Shown: positions 1 through 10,820, counted from the stretch's first letter. The stretch: DNA of 64,000 bases from Nitrososphaeria archaeon (GCA_050011875.1 JBEKIG010000001.1:32001-96000), one strand, 5' to 3'. Notes: a model not told the origin generated them from the sequence alone. Translations and numbers: made by a program.

Positions 1-263
1 ATTGCAAGGAAACCAGCGATTATGACGAAGACATGAACACCTTGGTAACCCATTTCAGTCAATTTCAAAATACTCTGTGAAATGGACGATAGTGATCTAA
101 GGTCGAATCTGAAGTAAGTGGTGAAGAGGCCTGGAAAAAATGAGAAAAGGTCGTGATCAGCAGAAGTGCCATAGACGCCTTCATAGGCATGCTGCATGAT
201 AATTCCAATGATCGCGATGCCCTTAAGAAAATCTGGTGCTTTCATTCTATCCATGAAAGTCAT
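1..263 (-). CDS. Acyltransferase-3 (OafA/YrhL-like) membrane acyltransferase, N-terminal part; runs off the window edge
   Basis: Manual minus-strand translation MTFMDRMKAPDFLKGIAIIGIIMQH...MGYQGVHVFVIIAGFLA matches the family motifs D-x-L-(R/K)-G-x-A...H and GVxxFxxxSGF; not in the ORF track. Confidence 0.75.
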   Translation of the reverse strand, partial: MTFMDRMKAPDFLKGIAIIGIIMQHAYEGVYGTSADHDLFSFFPGLFTTYFRFDLRSLSSISQSILKLTEMGYQGVHVFVIIAGFLA

Positions 264-392
264 GTTTGGATACAGTTTCACAGTATATATATATTTCAAG
301 AAGGTGTTGTAAAGTTATCAGTTGATTTTTCTTAACAGTTTTTCTTGAGTTCTCCATAAAGTATATTATTCACATTTGAGAAAAATAATCTA

Positions 393-563
393 ATGCACAG
401 AAAATTAAAAAGATTATTGCATAATGCAACTGGCAGATCTGAGCATATCATGGTAGTTAATTTAGACATAAGGGGATTCACTCCTTTTTGCCAAGCTCAA
501 GATTCTCTAAATGTTGCAACATATATTAAAAAAGTATATATGAAAATACTAGATGAATACTAG
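393..563 (+). pseudogene. Truncated class III adenylate/guanylate cyclase-like gene (56 aa)
   Basis: Translation MHRKLKRLL...IMVVNLDIRGFTPFCQAQDSLNVATYIKKVY.. contains the DIRGFT first metal-binding motif, then an early TAG. Confidence 0.6.
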
Positions 564-838
564 AAAAAAGAGTTGAAGAAAAGGAATCAAAAATCAGTTA
601 ATGGTTAACTGATCTCTAGCCTTTTCTATCAAGGAATAGGGGTTTAAAAAAGAAGATAGTGGCTAGTTGACTGGTCTAATGATATTTCCCTATCACTATC
701 AGCATTTTAGAAGGCTCTTAAAATCGTTTCATGTAATTAAGACTCAATAAATCATTAGTCATAATAATAAAAGTTAACTATCCTTTTATACTTATTAAAA
801 ATAATTTAAACAATTCACCTAACGGTTTTAACACTTGT

Positions 839-2032
839 TCATCCGGAGCCTAAATATTTTAACAAGATCATTGCATAGATCTTAGATGCATCAATAATCT
901 GTTGAACTGGCAGGTTTTCATTAATCGTATGAGCCATCTTTATGTTCCCACATCCCAGAATGATAGTAGGAATCCCTGCCTTAACAAAATGTGACATCTC
1001 CGTTGTCGCAGGCATCCCTTCCACTCGAGGCTCAATGTTAACGGTTTCTTTGATAGCTTTCTTCGCTATTTCTACTATCTCTTCTGATAAATCAGTCTCT
1101 GAAGCTGGTTGAGAATTATATAGTTCGAGTTTAAACCTGAATTGTGGATCATCATTAGCGATCTTTGCAAGTTCCACCTTTAACTCACCTTCAATACCCT
1201 GTGGAGATTCATCTGGCAAAAGTCTTCTATCAATAGTTATTTCACAGGAATCCGGAACAATGTTATCTTTGGCACCTCCTCTTATTACACCGACAGAAAG
1301 CGTCGGCTTACCAAGGAAAGGATGTGAGTTGCTTGAATGGGAGTAGCTTGCTGCTATTTCTTCAAGCCTGTTGATGGCTTTTGACATTTTGTAAATAGCG
1401 TTTACACCCTCATCCGGATTGCTCGAATGCGCAAGCTTCCCGTATGTTATCAGATTAAAACGCGCAAACCCCTTGTGTGCGATGTTTATCTGTAGACCAC
1501 TAGGCTCCCCTACTATTGCGGCTGAGGCGTGATACCCTTTTTCCAGTATATCTTTTGCACCAAGGCATGAATCTTCTTCATCGGAAGTTAAAGCAATAAC
1601 GATGTCGCCTGCTAGTTCGACTTTTGACCTTACAATCGCCCTGAGAGCGCTTATGAACGCAGCAATTGAGCTCTTCATGTCGGCAGATCCTCTTCCATAC
1701 AATCTACCATCTTTAATGTCGCCACTTAGGGGGTTAGTTGTCCATTTTCCGAGGTCTCCAAAGGGAACAGTATCCAAGTGTCCATTGAAGATCAAGGATC
1801 TCACATTTGAGCGAGAGTGATAGACGCCGACGACGTTCGGTCTGTTAGGTTTGAAGTCATATTCTACGGTTTCCAACCCTGCAGCTCTGAGAATATCTGC
1901 CATAAAGTCCGCAAGTTCTTTTTCTTTCCCAGGTGGATTCTCACTGTCTATGCGGATCATCATTTGAGCTAATGAAATAGGGTCTTCTTTGGCGAGTTGG
2001 TTGAAAACCTCAGATTTAGGGTCTACTAGCAT
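839..2032 (-). CDS. M20 family metallopeptidase (ArgE/DapE-like deacylase)
   Basis: NGHLDTVP, GRGSADMK, DEE, GEP and AHT motifs. Confidence 0.92.
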   Translation of the reverse strand: MLVDPKSEVFNQLAKEDPISLAQMMIRIDSENPPGKEKELADFMADILRAAGLETVEYDFKPNRPNVVGVYHSRSNVRSLIFNGHLDTVPFGDLGKWTTNPLSGDIKDGRLYGRGSADMKSSIAAFISALRAIVRSKVELAGDIVIALTSDEEDSCLGAKDILEKGYHASAAIVGEPSGLQINIAHKGFARFNLITYGKLAHSSNPDEGVNAIYKMSKAINRLEEIAASYSHSSNSHPFLGKPTLSVGVIRGGAKDNIVPDSCEITIDRRLLPDESPQGIEGELKVELAKIANDDPQFRFKLELYNSQPASETDLSEEIVEIAKKAIKETVNIEPRVEGMPATTEMSHFVKAGIPTIILGCGNIKMAHTINENLPVQQIIDASKIYAMILLKYLGSG

Positions 2033-2114
2033 ATTAAAATAATTGAATGAGCAATATAAAAATCTTTTAATCCAGAGGCGAAGACTAGGAAATACCTAAA
2101 ACAACTCAAGTCAA

Positions 2115-3230
2115 GTGAATGTTTTGAGAAAATCTGGCATTGCTGACCTTCCACTTCATGGAGGAAGATGCCCAAGGTGGCTATTTCCAAAAATGGTGAA
2201 ACTTTCAAAAGAAATTTCAGAAACAATCATCCTAGAGTTCGGTAAAGAAGAGTTCCTAAGAAGGATTTCAGACCCCTTTTTCTTCCAATCCTTTGGATGC
2301 GCCGTAGGATTCGACTGGCACAGTTCAGGTCTAACAACTACATTAACAGGAGCACTCAAGGAAGCAATAAGTGTAGAAGAACATGGAATTGCAGTCTGTG
2401 GAGGTAAGGGAAGAATGTCTAAAAAGACTCTGGACGAACTAGACGAGGCAGGTCAGATCTTCTCTTTTTCAAGCGATAGGATTGAGAGACTAAAGTATAC
2501 GAGCAAAATAGTCGCTAAAGTAGACAATACTGCAATACAGTCTGGTTATCAACTTTATCACCACGTTTTCTTCGTTGATGAGAAAGGCAAATGGGCCGTT
2601 GTCCAACAGGGCATGAACCCAGCAAACGGCTACGCAAGAAGATATCATTGGCTTAGTGATGAGGTCAAAAGTTTTGTTGTTGAACCTCATTCGGCGATTG
2701 TTGGAGATAATGTAGAAAAGAAAGTCCTAAATCTGACTTCTGTTAAAAGCACTGAAACACAGAAGACTATAACCGACGTTTCACGAGAGAAACCGCATAA
2801 AATACAGAACATGTTGCAAGAATTGCACGATAGATCCTGTATCACACTACTAGACTGGATAAACCCTTCAACAAAGAAGCTCGAAGCAGACCATCTTGTT
2901 ATGCCTAGGAACATTGATTGGGAAGCGGTTAGACAGCTTTATGACAAACAGCCTGAAAACTTTGAGGAAGTTCTTATGACCAATGGGGTTGGGCCGAACA
3001 CTTTAAGGGCACTTGCATTGATTTCAAACCTAATTTATGGAACTGAAATTGACTGGAAAGATCCCATTAAATATAGTTTCAGTGTGGGAGGAAAAGATGG
3101 AGTTCCCTTTCCAATAGATAGACAAGCATACAGTAATTCTACCAAATTTCTTAAGGAAGCCATAGAAAATGCGAGAATAGGGAAGGATGAACAGGTTAAA
3201 GCACTGAGAAGATTAGGGAATTTGGTTTGA
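2115..3230 (+). CDS. DUF763 family protein
   Basis: ADLPLHGG, DWHSSGLTT, VQQGM and GGKDGVPFP motifs typical of DUF763. Confidence 0.9.
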   Translation: MNVLRKSGIADLPLHGGRCPRWLFPKMVKLSKEISETIILEFGKEEFLRRISDPFFFQSFGCAVGFDWHSSGLTTTLTGALKEAISVEEHGIAVCGGKGRMSKKTLDELDEAGQIFSFSSDRIERLKYTSKIVAKVDNTAIQSGYQLYHHVFFVDEKGKWAVVQQGMNPANGYARRYHWLSDEVKSFVVEPHSAIVGDNVEKKVLNLTSVKSTETQKTITDVSREKPHKIQNMLQELHDRSCITLLDWINPSTKKLEADHLVMPRNIDWEAVRQLYDKQPENFEEVLMTNGVGPNTLRALALISNLIYGTEIDWKDPIKYSFSVGGKDGVPFPIDRQAYSNSTKFLKEAIENARIGKDEQVKALRRLGNLV

Positions 3231-3268
3231 AATAAGCTTTAATAGACGCAGGACGGCGTCAATTTACA

Positions 3269-4225
3269 ATGCCTGAAGACAGCAAATATGATGTAATCAT
3301 AGTTGGTGCGGGGGTTTCAGGACTTACAGCAGGAATTTATACGTGTCGCAAAAGCCTTAAAACGCTAATAATATCCAAAGACGTCGGAGGACAGGCTCTG
3401 ATCGCCAAGGAGATAGAAAATTATCCTGGAGTCGAGAGAACGGGGGGCGCAGATCTTGTTCAGAAAGTCTTAGCGCAGGCACAGAGCTTTGGTGCTGAAA
3501 TTATTTTGGACGAAGTTGAATCCGTACTTAAAAAAGGTGAGGGAGAATTTCATATTCAAACATCTCATGGAGAGTATTTGGCAAAAGCAGTCATTATCGC
3601 TTCAGGAAAGATTCCTAGAGATCTGAATGTGCCAGGTGAAGATAGGTTCAAAGGTATGGGGGTATCTTATTGTGCTATATGCGATGCTCCATTATACAAA
3701 AACAAGAAAGTGTTGGTTGTTGGTGATGGGAGCTATGCTTTTGACGCCGTAATTCTTCTTTCAAAATATGCTAAAGAAGTTCATTTTGTTTTAAAGAGAA
3801 AAGATTTACCGAGAGATCAAGAGGACATCAACCTTTTTGAGGAAACTAAAAACGTAACCATATATTATGACACGATTGTCAAAGAAGTGAAGGGGACTTT
3901 TAAAGTCGTTTCTGTGGTTCTAGAATCGATTGGGAAAAACGTTTTTGAACTACCCGTTGACGGAGTTTTTGTTGAATTAGGGTACGAGATCAAGGTTGAA
4001 CCGTTCAAGAATCTGGTGACATTAGACGAGAGAAAACAGGTTGTCGTAACCGGTAAGAACGAGACGTCTACGTCGGGAGTATTTGCCTCAGGAGATGTTA
4101 CAAACACACCCTTCAAACAGTTTGTAATATCAGCCTCAGAAGGGGCTAAAGCAGCTCTTTCAGCCTACGAATATGTGCAGAAGATATCTGGTAAACCTGC
4201 GGTAACAATCGACTGGCATAGTTGA
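3269..4225 (+). CDS. trxB: Thioredoxin reductase
   Basis: GAGVSG FAD motif, GVSYCAICD redox CxxC, GVFASGD. Confidence 0.9.
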   Translation: MPEDSKYDVIIVGAGVSGLTAGIYTCRKSLKTLIISKDVGGQALIAKEIENYPGVERTGGADLVQKVLAQAQSFGAEIILDEVESVLKKGEGEFHIQTSHGEYLAKAVIIASGKIPRDLNVPGEDRFKGMGVSYCAICDAPLYKNKKVLVVGDGSYAFDAVILLSKYAKEVHFVLKRKDLPRDQEDINLFEETKNVTIYYDTIVKEVKGTFKVVSVVLESIGKNVFELPVDGVFVELGYEIKVEPFKNLVTLDERKQVVVTGKNETSTSGVFASGDVTNTPFKQFVISASEGAKAALSAYEYVQKISGKPAVTIDWHS

Positions 4226-4300
4226 ATCAATGATAAACCGCAGTTTTTAGTAAATAGTCCTAATCAAAAGATTTTTATCTATTAGTCATTAAGACGTTTT

Positions 4301-5605
4301 ATGGCTAGTCTAGAAGAATTTATTCAGAACATTTGGATCATGGATACGCATGAACACACTGTTCCGGAGCAGGAAAGGATCAGTCAACCGGCTGACCCAC
4401 TGCGGATATTTTTATCACATTATGCTTCATCAGATCTTATTTCAGCCGGACTAAGTGTCGATGACTACGGAAGATCAATCGACCTGAATATACCGCTTAT
4501 CGAGCGATGGAAAATCATTGAACCCTTTTGGCTCAAAGCACAGAATACTGCCTACTTTAATTCTCTCAAGATCGCAGCTAAGGACATTTATGGAATTGAA
4601 GAAATAAACGGAGGGACAATAGAGGAGCTTTCACGAAGAATGAAGAGTATGAACAAAAGTGGACTTTACAGGTCTATCTTAAAAGACAGAGCGAAGATCG
4701 AGCGCTCGATTTTCGATGGAATAAATGATATCATCGACGTGGACAGAGAATTTTTTTCACCAGTTGTAAGACTTGAAGACTTTATAATTATACGTAGCAG
4801 AGAAAACATCAGAAGTTTAAGTCTTACGTTAAAGACTCCTATACATTCCCTTAGAGACCTAGAAAGGGCGTTGGAACTGAAGGTCGAAAGTATTTTGGAC
4901 AAGATCGTGGGCTTCAAGATCGCCTTAGCATATAAAAGAAAGATCTACTTCGAAAAGGTTACGTTCGATGACGCAGAAAAGGTGTTTAACAAAATAATTA
5001 GTTCCAAGGACACCTATGTAAGATGCACGAGACCCGACGGAGTTAGGGTTACCTTATCAGACGAAATTTCGATAGAGGAAGGACGGTGCCTTCAAGACCA
5101 TATGGTTCACAAGATGCTCCAGCTTGCTTCCAAATATACCCTGCCGGTTCAGGTTCACACAGGTATACAGGAGGGAAATCTTAATTTGGTCAGCAACTCC
5201 AACCCGATCTACTTAGCCAACCTTTTCATGGAATATGATGACGTCAAGTTCGATATCTTCCATGGATCATACCCCTATACTAAGGAGCTTGCAACAATTG
5301 CTAAGAACTTCCCTAACGTTTACGCCGATCTGAGTTGGCTACATATAGTTTCACCAACTTCGGCGAAGGAAGTGCTGAGAGACTGGCTGGACACTATCCC
5401 ATCGAATAAGATACTGGGATTCGGTGGAGACTACAGATTTGTAGAAGGAATATATGCTCACTCGAAGATGGCTAGAGAGGACATAGCAACCGTACTAAGG
5501 GAAAAGGTGGATGAAGGAAGGTTCAGTGAAGATGAAGCAAAACTTATAGCAAGAATAATTTTAAGAGACAACGTCCTAGAAGTATTCAACAGAGTAAAAG
5601 TTTGA
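4301..5605 (+). CDS. Amidohydrolase-superfamily protein (uronate-isomerase-like fold)
   Basis: DTHEH, QVHTG, IFHGSYP and FGGD motifs. Confidence 0.8.
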   Translation: MASLEEFIQNIWIMDTHEHTVPEQERISQPADPLRIFLSHYASSDLISAGLSVDDYGRSIDLNIPLIERWKIIEPFWLKAQNTAYFNSLKIAAKDIYGIEEINGGTIEELSRRMKSMNKSGLYRSILKDRAKIERSIFDGINDIIDVDREFFSPVVRLEDFIIIRSRENIRSLSLTLKTPIHSLRDLERALELKVESILDKIVGFKIALAYKRKIYFEKVTFDDAEKVFNKIISSKDTYVRCTRPDGVRVTLSDEISIEEGRCLQDHMVHKMLQLASKYTLPVQVHTGIQEGNLNLVSNSNPIYLANLFMEYDDVKFDIFHGSYPYTKELATIAKNFPNVYADLSWLHIVSPTSAKEVLRDWLDTIPSNKILGFGGDYRFVEGIYAHSKMAREDIATVLREKVDEGRFSEDEAKLIARIILRDNVLEVFNRVKV

Positions 5606-5715
5606 TTTTTATTCAAACAGGTATACAACAAGTCTAGTAGGACTTGTACCAAAATGGATTAATGTTCTTATGGGATGATCTGGGGATATGGCGTTTTAGC
5701 GTATTCAAGTTCATA

Positions 5716-5865
5716 CTATTTATTCTCCAATTGCTCTAGTGCAGATTGAAGATTTTCGACTACTTCTCTTGCTAGTATGTCTAGGGAGGGAAGGTTTTCA
5801 GTGTCTTCTAGACTTTCGTCTTTGAGCCAAAATATGTCTAGGTTTCTTTTATCGCGTTTTATGAT
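5716..5865 (-). pseudogene. hsdM: C-terminal relic of a type I restriction-modification M subunit
   Basis: Manual translation IIKRDKRNLDIFWLKDESLEDTENLPSLDILAREVVENLQSALEQLENK* resembles the HsdM tail LDIFWLKDESLE..NLP.P..LA.EIVENL..ALEQ. Confidence 0.8.
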
Positions 5866-5896
5866 GCCCGATCAAGTCGATGAACGCAAAGAAACC

Positions 5897-6185
5897 AAGG
5901 AAAGTCAAGGAAAGCATAAGGAAAGTAAGATATTGGAGGAATTAGAAAAGAATACTCAATGGAACGTTATTGCGCAAAGTATTTTATACAACTCTATTTT
6001 ATACAACTTATTAAATTTGCCAAGAAGGTAGGCCCTGATTATCTGCACATCGGTATCGGAGGTATCCTTCTAGCCCTACTAGACTTCCGTCAAATGCGTC
6101 AAAAGGGCCGTCAAATGCGTCAGATCACATGTTACAATGCGCCAGTTTTGCCAGCGTTCAAATTATACCATATCATTTACCATAT
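5897..6185. repeat. Cluster of short tandem duplications (iteron-like)
   Basis: AAGGAAAG x3 (5897, 5907, 5918); TATTTTATACAACT x2 (5980, 5995); CCGTCAAATGCGTCA x2 (6087, 6108); TACCATAT x2 (6165, 6178). Confidence 0.7.
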
Positions 6186-6386
6186 GAAACCCTTAGCATA
6201 CCAGTTATTGCTAGAGGATAATAAGTCAATCAGCATACTTCACTATCATATAGGTAGCCTAAGACATACACAGGGACTGCGGATTGTACTGGGATGTCTG
6301 GTGTTGTAGAGGGTTTAAACCGTTAATTGGTGCTCAATAGGGTACCCTAAAGACGCTACCCTTAAGAGCGCCCATGACCAACCTTA

Positions 6387-6917
6387 TTGGACTTGACGTT
6401 CGTCGTATGTCCCCTGTGCGGTAAGATGACCAGCTTAAGGGCGTTCAAACCTCAGTTATTGGACCTCGATATCTACGCTCAGGATGTAAAGGGGCTCGGT
6501 CGGGGTAGAGGGTTCAAGGTCGTCGGCAGAGGTTCGGCCCTTGATAAACCGTCGGTTACTGAGCCGATAAAAGGTAGGCTTCTTGACCTGTCCCTGATGC
6601 TGTACAGAGAGGGATTGTTATCCAAGGAGGAGCTGGTTAAAAGATTTGACTTAATCCTACCAAAGGATTATCAGGCGCTCGAAGAGGAACGTGACGTATT
6701 GCAGGCTGATCTTGAAGAGGCAGAGGAAGGATTTTCAGGCAAGCTGAACGATTTGACCGATCTTATAGCCGACGCGTTGGGGGAAGACAGAGAAGACTGG
6801 GAGGCCGAAATAGAAGGAGAAGGGAAAGATAGAGCCTACGCCACCCTCAGATATGCACTAGAAAGGTTAATAGATGAGTATCAAGCAATTAAAGCTATGC
6901 AGGAGGAGAAATCATAG
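6387..6917 (+). CDS. Hypothetical protein, N-terminal CPLC (Zn-ribbon-like) and acidic coiled-coil C-terminus
   Basis: 176-aa ORF abutting the next ORF; no family recognised. Confidence 0.6.
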   Translation: MDLTFVVCPLCGKMTSLRAFKPQLLDLDIYAQDVKGLGRGRGFKVVGRGSALDKPSVTEPIKGRLLDLSLMLYREGLLSKEELVKRFDLILPKDYQALEEERDVLQADLEEAEEGFSGKLNDLTDLIADALGEDREDWEAEIEGEGKDRAYATLRYALERLIDEYQAIKAMQEEKS

Positions 6918-7424
6918 ATGTTAGAAGAATCGAGCAAGACAGGGGATCAAGAGAAAATATCAGCATGCAGCTTAGATAGTCTTGGGAAGCTGTACGAGAA
7001 ACATCCTAAAGTTCTCTTCATCGCTACAAAGGAGGATAAAATGTACTTCGCCCAAAAGTTTGTGGATGTCGTTTCGCCTGATGGTGTCACAATCGTTCCA
7101 GTGCAGGCGGGTGGATCTTGCGAAATTATCGAAAAACTTGGGCTCGACACACCCACAGCAGTACTAGTAGAAAAGGGAAAGGTGAAGGACCGAGTTACCC
7201 TGCAGAACGACGACGTTAAAGATACGATTAGTTTAATGAAGGTTTTGTCGGAGAAGCCATCCGAGGTTAGATCATGCGAGGCCAAGCTTACCGTCGATGG
7301 CAAGGGTTGGGGGATTAAACTTGAACCAGGCTCACCGTGCGAGAGGGAAATATCCAACCTCTCCAAGCTGCCGCCCTCCGTCCAAAAGTATGTAACAAAG
7401 CACATAGAAACGGCCGATAAGTGA
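6918..7424 (+). CDS. Hypothetical protein, possibly a degenerate thioredoxin-like fold
   Basis: 168-aa ORF starting right after the previous stop, GGAGG upstream; LGLDTPTAVLVEKGKVKD resembles the cis-Pro strand of Trx folds. Confidence 0.55.
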   Translation: MLEESSKTGDQEKISACSLDSLGKLYEKHPKVLFIATKEDKMYFAQKFVDVVSPDGVTIVPVQAGGSCEIIEKLGLDTPTAVLVEKGKVKDRVTLQNDDVKDTISLMKVLSEKPSEVRSCEAKLTVDGKGWGIKLEPGSPCEREISNLSKLPPSVQKYVTKHIETADK

Positions 7425-7666
7425 ACTCTTGAGCGATCGTGCTCGTAGCACGCACACGTTATTAGGAATTATGATTTCCCAGTTTATTATGGGTTTAGCC
7501 TAGAAATATTTGATTAGCAGCACCTATTCTCATAGATAAATCAGATGTGCAAGAACGTGAAAGCCTTATCGAAAAAGTCATAATTGAAATGAATATATGC
7601 AATTATTTACATGAACTGTATTTGCCTATAAAATTGAACTTTTTTTAAAGACTTAAACCTAAAGGA

Positions 7667-7710
7667 GGGTTCAAATCCCACCGGGCCCGCCTATAATTAA
7701 GTGCGAATAC
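7667..7710 (+). other. att-like site: tRNA 3' half (T-loop plus acceptor strand) followed by an arm sequence
   Basis: GGGTTCAAATCCCACCGGGCCCGCC then TAATTAAGTGCGAATAC, 36 bp before the integrase ATG; no tRNA 5' half upstream. Confidence 0.75.
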
Positions 7711-7746
7711 TTTATTTAGCAGATATTAGATAGCAGACTTAAGAAA

Positions 7747-9060
7747 ATGCCGCACAAGGAAAATTCAAAATACGATAGTATCGTGCCTGATATTAGACGG
7801 TGGCTTGATAACATAGAGCGTGGAAGTCCCCTCACCGCCGAAGTCGCGTTCAGAAGGCTTGGAAGAGCATGCGAACTGCTGAAACTCACTCCAAAGGAAA
7901 TGGTCGCGCGCGCAAGAGAAGACCTTAAAACATTCCAAGACAGCCTTGAAGACCTAGTCAACAGACTCGAAGAAGAGAAGAAGGCACCCCAGTACATAGC
8001 CGGCATACTCAAAAACGTCCGCTCATGGCTGAGATACAATGATATTACTCTTACTCGCAAGATCAAGATTAGGAATATATCATCTACGCCGACCATAGAA
8101 GACGAGCAGGTGCCATCGCAAGAAGAGTTAGCGAGAATATTCAGAAATTCCTCAAACAGAGCAAGATTGGCGGCTGTGTTGATGGCGTTCGCGGACCTAA
8201 GACCTGAATCAATAGGGAACTATAACGGCTCTGACGGACTAAAATTGAGCGACCTACCTGAAATAAGGATTGAGAACGGACAGGTTGTTTTCGATAAGAT
8301 GCCAACTATGATAGTTGTTAGGGCGTCGTTGAGTAAGGCAAGACACAAGCACTTCACTTTCCTTTCAAGCGAAGGCTTCACCTACTTGAAGGAATATCTT
8401 GAAGAAAGGATCAGATTGGGAGAGAAACTTACTGCAACTAGCCCGCTTATCACACACGAGAGAGTCGAAGCAGCAACAAAGCCATTCATGCTCACGAGAA
8501 AGATTACAGAACTCATTCGGAAAGCAATGAGGAAGGCAGGTGTGCGCAAGAGGCCTTATGTTCTCAGAGCGTACGCTGAAACACAGCTGATTATCGCGGA
8601 GTCAAAAGCAAAGATTTCTCATCCATATCTTCAATTCATAGCCGGACACAAGGGAGACATTGAAGCAAGATACTCTACTAACAAAGGTAGACTACCGCCG
8701 AACATGATCGAGGACATAAGGGAAGCATATAGGTTATGTGAGCCGTTTCTATCTACAATAGCACAGCCGATAGAGCAGATTACGATAATCAAGGAAGCGA
8801 AGATCGAAGCGTTGAAGAGCATTGCGAAGACCATGTTTGGGATAGACCTTCTTGAGGTGAAGATAGCGAAGGAGAATGAAGAAAACAAGGAGCTGACACA
8901 GGATGAAACAATCGAGCTGTTCGAATCTGAAATGAAGAAGACGAGGGAGCAGCCTGATCCGCAGGTAATAGTTGAAGAGAAAGAGCTCGAGAACTACCTC
9001 AAAGATGGATGGCAGTTCGTCAGCGTACTGCCGAGCCGAAGAGTACTAATAAGAAAGTAG
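7747..9060 (+). CDS. Tyrosine recombinase / site-specific integrase
   Basis: DLRPES (Arg), SKARH (Lys), PYVLRAY (YxLR variant of HxxR), AGH and a catalytic Tyr in ARYS. Confidence 0.9.
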   Translation: MPHKENSKYDSIVPDIRRWLDNIERGSPLTAEVAFRRLGRACELLKLTPKEMVARAREDLKTFQDSLEDLVNRLEEEKKAPQYIAGILKNVRSWLRYNDITLTRKIKIRNISSTPTIEDEQVPSQEELARIFRNSSNRARLAAVLMAFADLRPESIGNYNGSDGLKLSDLPEIRIENGQVVFDKMPTMIVVRASLSKARHKHFTFLSSEGFTYLKEYLEERIRLGEKLTATSPLITHERVEAATKPFMLTRKITELIRKAMRKAGVRKRPYVLRAYAETQLIIAESKAKISHPYLQFIAGHKGDIEARYSTNKGRLPPNMIEDIREAYRLCEPFLSTIAQPIEQITIIKEAKIEALKSIAKTMFGIDLLEVKIAKENEENKELTQDETIELFESEMKKTREQPDPQVIVEEKELENYLKDGWQFVSVLPSRRVLIRK

Positions 9061-9304
9061 CATGATATTTTATAGCAATCTCTTTGTGCTGAGATTTGAT
9101 ATCATGTATACTAAGATCGGTAACCTAAACCACCACCTCTAGTGCATGATAAACTTAGTCCTTCATTACTAATATAAATGATAGGAGGTAGTATCTATAA
9201 GAGGAGTAGCTGGTAAAAGCAATAGATCATCGATAACAAGCCCTTTGTAGTAGTCTTCTGAAGTTCGAGAGAAGATAAGACTGTTCAATTCAACCTATGA
9301 GACC

Positions 9305-9673
9305 TTGCAACAGCTGAAGAATTCCTTCAAACTTGGAATAGTCTCAGACTGCCAAGTAGACTACGCTATACCAGAACTCAAAATACTTGAAGTTCATGAC
9401 TTTTTCGATTCAATAATCATTTCAGGAGACTACGGCTTTCGAAAACCTGATACGAGACTTTTTAACCAATGTCTTTCAAACCTATGGGTTTCAAACAATG
9501 ACGTGATATTCGTCGGGAACGATTTCTTCAGGGACATAAACAGAGCAAAGTCTGCTGGTTTAAGAACAGTACTGTTTGGAGACCAAAAAAGACCTTTTGA
9601 TAGAACATTGCCAGAGCCAGAATTTAGAATCAATCGACTTTTCCAGCTATGGGACGTCATCCAAAGATTGTAA
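9305..9673 (+). pseudogene. HAD-superfamily hydrolase, C-terminal part only
   Basis: LGIVSD, RKPD and FVGND..RDI motifs present; motif I (DxD) region absent. Confidence 0.7.
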
Positions 9674-9890
9674 CCATGAAAAAGGTAATCCGATAATCAA
9701 AACATCTCCAAAAAAAGTTTAGAAGAAAAAGTGTTTGCCAACTTGCTTGCTTAAATGTAGCTAGTGTCACGCTCTTTTTATGTGAAGATATTACTATGCT
9801 TAAGCAGTAAAGTTAGAAGGGCGTTTTCAAGCGCGCGAGCGCGTGACTATTTTAAAGAAGAAACACAGAACATAGTGGGTGGTGTGGAGA

Positions 9891-10271
9891 ATGGAGTTCA
9901 TATACACTGGTATTCGTGTCAAAGACCTAGATCGTTCAGTGGAGTTTTACACGAAGACAATGGGCATGAAAGAAGTGCGCAGAGGAAAAATGGAGGCGGG
10001 GGGAATCTGGGTAGAACTGAAAAGCAAGAATTCAGATCATCCGCTTGAGTTGAACTATTATCCGCCGGGAAGCAGGTTCTATGAGATGTATGTTGAAGGC
10101 TCAGAGTTAGATCACTTAGCGTTCGCATGCGATGACGTTCGAAAAAGCTACAAGAAAGCACTCGCAGGAGGTGCCACAGCGGCCATTGAGCCTTGGGATG
10201 AAGGCGGATCTACTCTGGCTTTTGTGAGAGATCCAAGCGGCGTCTGGATCGAACTGCATAGCAGAACCTAG
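9891..10271 (+). CDS. VOC / glyoxalase family protein
   Basis: GIRVKDLDRSVEFYT, DHLAF and FVRDPSGVWIEL. Confidence 0.88.
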   Translation: MEFIYTGIRVKDLDRSVEFYTKTMGMKEVRRGKMEAGGIWVELKSKNSDHPLELNYYPPGSRFYEMYVEGSELDHLAFACDDVRKSYKKALAGGATAAIEPWDEGGSTLAFVRDPSGVWIELHSRT

Positions 10272-10820
10272 CGCGCATTGTATAACATCACTGAGTTGAT
10301 ATCAGATGGTAGACAAGCAAGATTTCAAGAAAACGATAGTGCTATTTAACAAAAGTATTATATGATAGCAGGAACTCAAAATGTCTTAAACTCATTGAGT
10401 TGTTTGAATACATTCATGTCGGTCGCCCCTAATGATTCAATATTTTCTGTAGCAAGCATAAAAATCTCTTTTGTAATACACTTAGCTCGAGATCCTATTG
10501 TTAATTTTTGTGCGACTTGGGCAAGGTATGCAAAAGAGATAATCAGTGCCATAGGAAACCAAATAAGCTCGTCGTTCGTGATCTTACCATCAAAAATACA
10601 TTTCTTCCTGAATATTTAAAAGATGTCTCCTACTTTTGCCTTCTTGATTAATTCAATTCTCGAGCATCCTCCACAAAAAAGCAATTATCTTTAATTTGAC
10701 TGAATATAATGATTCAAAATGCCAGCCAGTAATCAATATTTCTGCCTTTTTATAACATAATGCTCTTTAAAGTGTTTAAAGTTTATAATTAGAGTACTTT
10801 TTTAGATGAGGGCTGATGGA

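Noticed and set aside
5777-6309. ORF-track ORFs 5777-6031 and 5959-6309
   Set aside because: They lie antisense to the hsdM relic and read through DNA repeats; composition is not protein-like.
10350-10680. Gene-like open stretch on both strands
   Set aside because: No recognisable family and interrupted by stops on the minus strand; probably a relic but unassignable.
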